This document shows, piece by piece, positions 44,174-50,499 of a DNA stretch of 50,499 nucleotides (within the stretch, counting starts at the first letter, position 1; the number at the start of each line of letters is the position of its first letter). The position numbers were made by a program, and so were the translations under genes. The DNA is taken from contig PEYW01000006.1 of NCBI GenBank assembly GCA_002774225.1, positions 1 to 50,499 of the forward strand. The letters are read 5' to 3'. The notes under the pieces were generated by a model. It was given only the letters and a program-made list of their open reading frames with translations. It was not told where the DNA came from and ran no database searches. The DNA comes from a candidate division WWE3 bacterium CG08_land_8_20_14_0_20_43_13 (GTDB lineage Bacteria; Patescibacteriota; WWE3; PEYW01).

Positions 44174-45763
44174 CTATTGTACCCTATTACCGCTAATTTT
44201 GGCTATATCTTTAATCATGTATTCACCAGCCAGATAGTAGCCTATTTTTTGGTAGTAATTTCTTGTACCGACTCCCGCGATGACAGCAATCCTTTGGGCT
44301 CGATGCCGCCGACAAATTTGTTCGGCTCTACTCATTAATCGCTGTCCTAATCTTTGGTGCTGCGGGGATTTTTCGTCGTACCCGCCCAGCGGCAGAGCGG
44401 TGCCGTATATGTGAATCTCTCTTATCAGAGCGGAGTTTTTTAGCACCAGCAGTATTGAATTGGCTTGGTCTTTCTTTTCGGGAAAACGCAATCTTAACAG
44501 TCCGTACAATCGGTTTTGTTCATCAACCCAGCTCAAAAAATATTCCTCTCCCCCGCTGGCTTGGTATTTTTTTATTTTCAACTCTAATTGACTGCTTGGT
44601 GTTTGTCCCTTTATCTCTCGGCAGCGAATACATTTACAACTTATTCCTTTTGCCTTCATTATTTTATAGATATCTTGCCGCAGGTTTGTCTGTTTGTTTC
44701 CAGATACAATCCTGGCGGCCGGGATGTCTCTGATTAACCGATTAACCCGAACATATTCAGGTAGATTCTTCTTTATGCCAACAAGCAAATTTGTTAAGTC
44801 GTTTTGACTGTACGGTTGAAAGTCTCCCTTTAAAAAGTCTTGGTAGAGCGGCGCGGATTCAACGATTGAGCAGGGGTAAATTTTAAGCATATCGGGGCGG
44901 AATCGGGGATCGGCAAATAATTTTTTAAACATCGCTAGATCGCTTTTTAAGGTGGCCCCCGGGAGGTTGGGCATAATGTGATAACAGATCTTAAATCCGG
45001 CGTTCTTGAGCAGTCTAGTGGCTTGCACGACCTGTTTGACGGTGTGTCCCCGTTTAATCTTCTTTAAAATTCGATCATTAAGGTTTTGTACTCCCAGTTC
45101 CACTTTGGTTACTCCCAAATATCGCAGCCATTTAATTGAATCGCTAGTGATGGTATCCGGCCTTGTTTCAATACTAATGCCGATAAGCCGATAGGGACCC
45201 CTCTCGTTCTCTTTTTTTGCTTGGTCAAGATCACCGCTGTCCGTTTTATTGGCCGCGTCAAAACAACGTTTAATAAACCACTCTTGATAGTCTTTTTCGT
45301 AAGCTAAAAATGTGCCGCCAACAATAATTAGATCAACTTTTTGAGTAGCGTGGCCGGTTGCATCCAGTGCTTTAAGACGACCGGCTGTTTGCTGAAAAGG
45401 ATCATATTGGTAGCTGATTGCTCGATCAACCGCCGGCTCTTGGGTTAAATAGCTTTTTGGCACCCCTTCCTGATTGGGGCAATAGATACATTTTCCCGGG
45501 CAAGGATACGGTTTGGTCAACACGGCCACCGGCGCCACGCCAGATTGAGTGCGGACCGGATTGAGTTTTAGCCATTTTTCCAATTGACTGTTTGGCGCAA
45601 TATCGCCTTTACTGACTAAGGCTTGATACTCCTCGTTTAGACTGGAGTTTTTGGGGATGTTAGCTAGCTTCAATTTTTTGGCCAAAAACCTCTTTTGCCC
45701 CAAGAATTGATGATCGCTGTTTATGGTAGTTTTGTTTAATTGTTTAACAAATTCAGTGGTCAT
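44174..45763 (-). CDS. elp3: Elp3-family radical SAM / GNAT acetyltransferase (tRNA U34 modification enzyme homologue)
   Basis: Radical SAM cluster motif CPGKCIYCP. An Elp3-like central region. C-terminal GNAT (HQRLGQRLMSRAEQI). Length 529 aa. Confidence 0.85.
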   Translation of the reverse strand: MTTEFVKQLNKTTINSDHQFLGQKRFLAKKLKLANIPKNSSLNEEYQALVSKGDIAPNSQLEKWLKLNPVRTQSGVAPVAVLTKPYPCPGKCIYCPNQEGVPKSYLTQEPAVDRAISYQYDPFQQTAGRLKALDATGHATQKVDLIIVGGTFLAYEKDYQEWFIKRCFDAANKTDSGDLDQAKKENERGPYRLIGISIETRPDTITSDSIKWLRYLGVTKVELGVQNLNDRILKKIKRGHTVKQVVQATRLLKNAGFKICYHIMPNLPGATLKSDLAMFKKLFADPRFRPDMLKIYPCSIVESAPLYQDFLKGDFQPYSQNDLTNLLVGIKKNLPEYVRVNRLIRDIPAARIVSGNKQTNLRQDIYKIMKAKGISCKCIRCREIKGQTPSSQLELKIKKYQASGGEEYFLSWVDEQNRLYGLLRLRFPEKKDQANSILLVLKNSALIREIHIYGTALPLGGYDEKSPQHQRLGQRLMSRAEQICRRHRAQRIAVIAGVGTRNYYQKIGYYLAGEYMIKDIAKISGNRVQ

Positions 45764-45822
45764 ACCTGATATAGGTCTTATTTTACGGTATTAGGGGGAA
45801 AATATAAAGAAGAATGATTAGG

Positions 45823-46057
45823 TTAGCTTATAAAATAGCGATCAATTTTTGGCATCCATTCGGATATTTTGATTTTTTGAGGACACTTTTCTTCACAAAT
45901 CCTACAAGTGGACATCGCAGTTTAAAAGTATGTAGTTTGTCATGATGACAAAATTCCATAGGTTTAAATGTCGTTCTCTAAGTAATACATTGACCGGCCA
46001 GCCAAAGCCTAGGGCGGATACTTTAAAATCTAATTTTCCGAATTGACGATACCGCAT
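45823..46057 (-). pseudogene. Remnant of an aldo/keto reductase (Fe-S type, COG1453-like) with its interior replaced by the 72-nt repeat
   Basis: The minus strand at 46057-45998 encodes MRYRQFGKLDFKVSALGFGW, an AKR N-terminal signature. A different frame at 45918-45823 encodes AMSTCRICEEKCPQKIKISEWMPKIDRYFIS*, with a CxxCxxxCP ferredoxin-type C-terminus. Only ~80 nt lie between them, occupied by the repeat. Confidence 0.55.
45911..45981. repeat. ~72-nt imperfect-palindromic repeat element, copy 2
   Basis: Matches 774-845. GACATCGCAGTTTAAAAGTATGTAGTTTGTCATGATGACAAAATTCCATAGGTTTAAATGTCGTTCTCTAA. Confidence 0.85.
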
Positions 46058-46158
46058 TAGGTAAATATAGCCCGAAGTGACTTGTAGGAGCAAGCGGTTA
46101 TTTTTGATTTAACATTCAGAGTGACTGTTCGGGGAGGCTTTGTTATCATCATCGCATT

Positions 46159-46995
46159 ATGGAAGAAGCACAAATTTTGGAAAAATTGGATACTCTTTTA
46201 GAACAAGCGGTCCGTCGGTCAGTAGTCGCTGGTAGTCAGCCAATCGGTTTGGTCTTTTCGGGCGGGGTAGACAGTTCCCTGCTGGCAAAAGTCCATTTAG
46301 ATTTGAATATTCCCATTACCCTTATTTGTGCTGGAGTAAAGGGATTTTTTAAAGACGAGCCTTTTGTTGACAGCTTTGCTAAAAAATTTAGTCTTCCCCT
46401 GATCAAAGCAGTAATTGAACCGGAGGAGGCGCGGTTACTAGCGTCAAAATTAGCTAGTATTTTGAGAAAGATTGGTCTAGATTTTCAAAATTATGAATTT
46501 AATCCAAAGCGGGGTTGGGAAAATCAACCTTTGCAGGTTTCTTTGGCTATGCCGTTTTACTTAGCGGCTCAAAGCGGCAGTGCTCAAGGAATCACTGCTT
46601 TTGCCTGCGCCCAGGCGGGTGATGAGCTTTTTGGCGGCGGTTTTTCTCATCAATCTGTTTCTCCTATCGAGCTCAACCAAGTGTTAAAACAGGCTTTTGA
46701 CCGTTTAATGGCGGTGGACCAAATTCGCGATAAAGCAATGTTTTCGCATTTTGGGGCTAGCCTTCTTTATCCCTTGGCTGATCCGGAATTTTCGGCATTT
46801 TCCCTGGTTATTTCACCGGAATATAAAATAAGAGCCGATCTTGGCGAGCAAGGCAGAAAATATATTTGGCGGCAATTGGCACTAAAAAGAGGTGTGCCAA
46901 AGGAAAATGCTTTGCGTAAAAAGCACGCGATGCAGTATTCCAGCGGATTTTGGAGAGAAGTAGTTAAAGTGTTAAAACAGGATAAAACTTCCTAA
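46159..46995 (+). CDS. PP-loop ATP pyrophosphatase, asparagine synthase C-terminal-domain-like (no glutaminase domain)
   Basis: The PP-loop is GLVFSGGVDSSLLA (SGGxDS). AQAGDELFGG resembles the Asn-synthase GADELFGGY motif. Confidence 0.7.
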   Translation: MEEAQILEKLDTLLEQAVRRSVVAGSQPIGLVFSGGVDSSLLAKVHLDLNIPITLICAGVKGFFKDEPFVDSFAKKFSLPLIKAVIEPEEARLLASKLASILRKIGLDFQNYEFNPKRGWENQPLQVSLAMPFYLAAQSGSAQGITAFACAQAGDELFGGGFSHQSVSPIELNQVLKQAFDRLMAVDQIRDKAMFSHFGASLLYPLADPEFSAFSLVISPEYKIRADLGEQGRKYIWRQLALKRGVPKENALRKKHAMQYSSGFWREVVKVLKQDKTS

Positions 46996-47616
46996 ATACA
47001 GTATATATATTGCAAAGATTACGCCAGCAATAAACCCCCATCTTTTTTTAAGGTATCCTTGAAGAGAAAACGATAAAATTTGTACGCTCGTAATTGCTAG
47101 CAAATCTGCCGTTATGGATACAAGTCCTCCCCGTATATCTACAAGATATATACTTTTGTTAAGAAGGGTCGGCGCCATTTTTTTTGTAATGAGCACGGAA
47201 AGTATGGGGATTAAAGAATTGTTAATAAAAAGGAAAAATATAGTTGGTGTTATAACAAAGCTAAGAAGCAAACTTGCTCCCCCTCTTACGCCGGCTGTTT
47301 TTCTGGGAAATATTGGTTGAATTTCTTTCTTTACCGCAAAAAATTCCAGTAGGTAAAAGTAAACCATCCAGGCAAGTGGTAAACTAACGGCGAATGAGTA
47401 GAAAATACCGGCTAAAACCAATTTATTATACGAATTGTAAGAGCGTTCGGTTAAGTAGTTTCGGATAGCCAGCAATAAAGCGCTGTCTGGGTTGACGATA
47501 ATTTCGCTGTAAAAAGTTAGACCGGCAAGAACAGAGAAGATAAGAAAAAAATAATTGCCAATCTTTCTGCTAATAATGATACCTTTTTTAATTTCGGTGG
47601 TTGTTGGCTTTTCCAT
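46972..47616 (-). CDS. Hypothetical polytopic membrane protein
   Basis: At least 5 hydrophobic helices. Its 3' end overlaps the convergent 46159..46995 gene by 24 nt. Confidence 0.5.
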   Translation of the reverse strand: MEKPTTTEIKKGIIISRKIGNYFFLIFSVLAGLTFYSEIIVNPDSALLLAIRNYLTERSYNSYNKLVLAGIFYSFAVSLPLAWMVYFYLLEFFAVKKEIQPIFPRKTAGVRGGASLLLSFVITPTIFFLFINNSLIPILSVLITKKMAPTLLNKSIYLVDIRGGLVSITADLLAITSVQILSFSLQGYLKKRWGFIAGVIFAIYILYLGSFILF

Positions 47617-47621
47617 ATAAG

Positions 47622-47795
47622 TTATTGGGGAACTTCCTTATTTAAATACTCGGCCCATTGGCGGGGAAACAAAAATTGGTTAATGTAAGGCTCCAAATAA
47701 TATATCGCTATCGCGGCAACGATCAAAAATATAGCCAGCGCTGTTTTTTTCCAAGAAACAACCTTCCTTTGTTTTAGGATATTAGAAAAGCGCAT
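47622..47795 (-). CDS. Possible 57-aa membrane protein (below the ORF-track cutoff)
   Basis: Manual translation gives MRFSNILKQRKVVSWKKTALAIFLIVAAIAIYYLEPYINQFLFPRQWAEYLNKEVPQ. One TM helix. It fills the gap between two same-strand genes. Confidence 0.3.
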   Translation of the reverse strand: MRFSNILKQRKVVSWKKTALAIFLIVAAIAIYYLEPYINQFLFPRQWAEYLNKEVPQ

Positions 47796-47811
47796 ATTTC
47801 TTGTTTTAGCT

Positions 47812-48015
47812 TTATTCTTTAATCAAATAAACACTATCCCCTTCTCTAACCGGTTCTTTAACTTTTAAGCCAATTTCTTCGCCAACATTAGCCTGGCTGA
47901 CCGGCTCGTGATTTATTTGCATTGACTCTACTGTCTGTTCAACGCTGGCCGTGGGGCTGCCGATCCTTATATTGTCGTCTACGGCAAGCTCGGCTTCCAG
48001 TTTTATTGTCGCCAC
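47812..48015 (-). CDS. Small EF-Tu domain-2-like beta-barrel protein (5' end uncertain)
   Basis: ...IRIGSPTASVEQTVESMQINHEPVSQANVGEEIGLKVKEPVREGDSVYLI resembles a translation-factor domain II barrel. The homologous-looking sequence IGQITHYFDKIGVA continues upstream of the GTG. Confidence 0.55.
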   Translation of the reverse strand: MATIKLEAELAVDDNIRIGSPTASVEQTVESMQINHEPVSQANVGEEIGLKVKEPVREGDSVYLIKE

Positions 48016-48084
48016 CCCAATTTTATCAAAATAATGTGTTATTTGACCTATTTTTGTTTCTTGCGTAAATAACCACCTCCCTTG

Positions 48085-48585
48085 CTATTCGTAATTAAAT
48101 CTTAATTCTATTTTTTCTCCTAAAGACAACCCGATTTTATTTGCCATCCCCGCTTTTATTTCTAGGACATATCTTGCTTTTTGATTGGGGCGATACACTT
48201 GCAACTCACTGTCCGCGGTTCCTGCTTTTGGCGGCTGGACATTAGTTTCCAAATTTACCACTACTCCATTGGAATCCAACCAAAGCATATCAATTGGAAC
48301 TAACATATCCTTCATCCAAAAAGAGTAGTAATCTTCAGTTGGGTAACCAAACAACATTCCCTCCGTTTCGGTTATGCTGCTCCTTCCGCTCAAACCTTTG
48401 GCTTGGTCGTCTCTTATTGTTGCCAGCTCAAGGCAAAAAGTATGGTCCTTAAAAGTTGCCGTATCAACGCAACTGATACCGGCCGGCCGATCTTTTTTTG
48501 TTTTGAAAAAGTTTGCCGTTTCCATAGTTAAAAGAGCGGCGGTAAAAATAACGGTTATGGTAACAATAGCTTTATTAGTAATCAT
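48085..48585 (-). CDS. DUF192 family protein with an N-terminal membrane anchor
   Basis: GLSGRSSITETEGMLFGYP...FWMKDMLVPIDMLWLDSNGVVV...YVLEIKAG matches the DUF192 (COG1430) pattern. Confidence 0.7.
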   Translation of the reverse strand: MITNKAIVTITVIFTAALLTMETANFFKTKKDRPAGISCVDTATFKDHTFCLELATIRDDQAKGLSGRSSITETEGMLFGYPTEDYYSFWMKDMLVPIDMLWLDSNGVVVNLETNVQPPKAGTADSELQVYRPNQKARYVLEIKAGMANKIGLSLGEKIELRFNYE

Positions 48586-48590
48586 ATATA

Positions 48591-49064
48591 CTAGAATTTA
48601 CTGACCACTCTAGTAATAAAATCAGTAATCATTACTTGGCTTATCCATACTTCCATTCCCAGTGACAGCAACGCTTTTAAATCATTCACCGCTGTTTTAA
48701 AGTAATCTTTACTTTGCCACACTTGGGCAAGCGCGTACGCGATAACTACTGCTAGTGGCAACAGTTCGTGTCTTTTTGTTAAGATTAATAAAATTATTGC
48801 CAGCGCGCCTACTGCCAAGAACTTTTTATTGTACTGGAGTTGTTCTCTCTTGATCCAATAGGTATTTGCCAACCAAACTAGAACAGCTAAAACTCCGTAC
48901 TTTATAACAAGATCAAAACTAATGTCTCTAAATTGGGTAAGTAGAGTAAACAATAAGACGCCGCAATAAGAGCTAATAAGGCCGGGTATTTCCGGAAGGA
49001 AGATTCCTAGAATACCTACCACAATAAAAATTAAGCTAAGGGCAAAATAAACTTTATCCAGCAT
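48591..49064 (-). CDS. Membrane protein, DUF456-like
   Basis: GILGIFLPEIPGL resembles the DUF456 G..G..LP.LPG N-terminal motif. There are 4 TM segments. Confidence 0.45.
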   Translation of the reverse strand: MLDKVYFALSLIFIVVGILGIFLPEIPGLISSYCGVLLFTLLTQFRDISFDLVIKYGVLAVLVWLANTYWIKREQLQYNKKFLAVGALAIILLILTKRHELLPLAVVIAYALAQVWQSKDYFKTAVNDLKALLSLGMEVWISQVMITDFITRVVSKF

Positions 49065-49068
49065 ACCT

Positions 49069-49323
49069 CTATGCTATATTTTTACGATGGGTTCGTAAAG
49101 CACTGCTGAACATTTGTTGTCCAATCAATATAACAGTTAAAAGCCACTGCCAGCCGGTGGTTATTGTTTCCCCCACCCCGATTAGGCTTTTAATATTAGG
49201 CCATGGCAGAAGCTTTATGGCTGGAAGACATAGCAAGCAAGCGCCAAAAAAATAAGCCGCGGTGTTGGTTATCGCATTTTTTGTAACTGCGGATGGGCAG
49301 GGTTTAGCGTTGGCTAAACCCAT
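49069..49323 (-). CDS. Hypothetical small membrane protein
   Basis: ORF with two hydrophobic segments. No motif. Confidence 0.35.
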   Translation of the reverse strand: MGLANAKPCPSAVTKNAITNTAAYFFGACLLCLPAIKLLPWPNIKSLIGVGETITTGWQWLLTVILIGQQMFSSALRTHRKNIA

Positions 49324-49405
49324 GAGCGTTTAACTTGACAGGAGAGCTGAAAAAATTAGAGGCGAGGTTTACATTATTATAACGGGATTTTTAACAGCGT
49401 CAAGG

Positions 49406-50461
49406 CTATAATTCCAGCCGTTCTACTTCTTCCATGTGTTTAGTTCTATTTACTAAACTGATTTTCTCAAAGAACCAAAAACCCCCGGTTATGGCAAATG
49501 TTAAAAGTTGGGTAATTATACTTCCAAAAAAGCACAGGCTCAAAAATATACTTAGGGCGGCGATTGGGGCTACTAAACCGAGATAATTATTAACGCTGTC
49601 TTCTACCATTTTAATTACATTGTCAGATACTTTATCTACCATTGGGGTGACATCCAGTTTTCCTTCCGGAGATATTCCTACTTGATCTAGACCAATATTT
49701 TGCGGAGTGATGCCCAAATCTATCCTAGCGTTAGCGCCGTCCTCTAGAGTTTCAATACTTTCCTGTTTCATAAATTCTAAAATCCCCTGCTCGCCGCTAA
49801 CGCCCAATTTTTGATTTATTTTTTCTCCAAACATATTGTTGATCTGATTGCCCAACTGGTTTTGCACAAAGTTTAGTCCCGGCTCCATAATCTTTTTTAT
49901 TAGGTCTTGTGGAATCTTAAAGCCTTCATTTTTGATTAATTGGTTGTACCCAAGAAAGAAGTTTACGCTGGCTAAGAATGAAATGGCGATAAACGACGCT
50001 TTTATTGAAGGCGGGTAAGCCCACCAAGGGTGGAATTTAATGTAATCGTTTAATCTTGATTTGATTGAGGATATGTAAAAAAGGCATATTAGCGAATAAA
50101 AGGAACTGATTCCGGCGGTAATGAATAAATTCCGCTCTTCGCTGGGGGATTGAAACAACACGGCGCTGGTAAAAAAGGCGGCCAAATGGCCAAGAGTTAT
50201 TAGCAAATAACCAAGCGATTCAATTTTTGCCAGCGCCAAAATGCTCCATAAAAATATTTGCCAGGCAAACGAGGCCGCAAAAATAAGCATCGCGATAGTT
50301 ACACTCTGGACATCCAACGGGTCGCTGTGCCCCAGTCGCGCCAGGGTCCAGGCAGCAAAGGCTGATGATAGTCCCGCCAATACGGCTAGAATTATAGTTT
50401 TTACTTGGCTGGCTGGTTCTTGTTTTGGTGAGTTGGTGGTTATCTTCATTTCAAAAATCAA
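49406..50461 (-). CDS. Hypothetical polytopic membrane protein
   Basis: Five or more TM helices in the N-terminal half, a soluble loop, and C-terminal TM helices. No motif. Confidence 0.5.
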   Translation of the reverse strand: MIFEMKITTNSPKQEPASQVKTIILAVLAGLSSAFAAWTLARLGHSDPLDVQSVTIAMLIFAASFAWQIFLWSILALAKIESLGYLLITLGHLAAFFTSAVLFQSPSEERNLFITAGISSFYSLICLFYISSIKSRLNDYIKFHPWWAYPPSIKASFIAISFLASVNFFLGYNQLIKNEGFKIPQDLIKKIMEPGLNFVQNQLGNQINNMFGEKINQKLGVSGEQGILEFMKQESIETLEDGANARIDLGITPQNIGLDQVGISPEGKLDVTPMVDKVSDNVIKMVEDSVNNYLGLVAPIAALSIFLSLCFFGSIITQLLTFAITGGFWFFEKISLVNRTKHMEEVERLEL

Positions 50462-50499
50462 TTTTCGGCTGCCAGCGGCTATTTGGAAAAGCTTCCTAC

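Noticed and set aside
45902-46093. The 63-aa minus-strand ORF treated as an intact small gene.
   Set aside because: Only residues 13-32 look like real protein (the AKR N-terminus). The rest is translated from the palindromic repeat. It is better explained as a pseudogene remnant.

Overview
This is a low-GC bacterial chromosomal segment that uses the standard genetic code: TGA ends conserved genes such as pilB and pilT. Gene content suggests a small-genome, monoderm-like Patescibacteria/CPR-type organism. That inference rests on a secretin-less type IV pilus locus, a bacterial Elp3, a 23S-IVS-type four-helix-bundle gene and many orphan membrane proteins.

The centre of the window (13.46-32.9 kb) is a ~19.5 kb type IV pilus locus. 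In order it carries pilB, pilT, pilC, a four-helix-bundle cassette, a major pilin, an antisense methyltransferase, pilD, seven further prepilin-like genes, a PilX-like gene, two giant secreted proteins, and pilM-pilN-pilO. The two giant proteins (1171 aa and 634 aa) share a private C-terminal module. I consider them the best candidate for an undescribed pilus-associated component.

The flanks are housekeeping genes:
- tgt, trxA, gyrB and holB followed by a PSP1/YaaT-like gene
- the recG-rpmF-nusB-rnc-rpsP-KH gene string
- a class A PBP
- the thrS-infC-rpmI-rplT operon
- yhaM-like and elp3-like genes
- one tRNA-Lys(UUU)

Other notable items:
- An RmtB/ArmA/Kgm-family 16S rRNA m7G1405 methyltransferase homologue.
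- A ~72-nt imperfect-palindromic repeat present at both ends of the window. One copy sits exactly where the interior of an aldo/keto reductase gene has been lost.
- A DNPH1-like protein lacking the catalytic Glu and fused to an RHH-like tail.
- A family of CCCGCC-N(2-4)-GGCGGG hairpins in intergenic DNA.

No CRISPR array, rRNA gene, transposase or integrase was seen. All functional calls come from motif recognition by eye; no database search was run.
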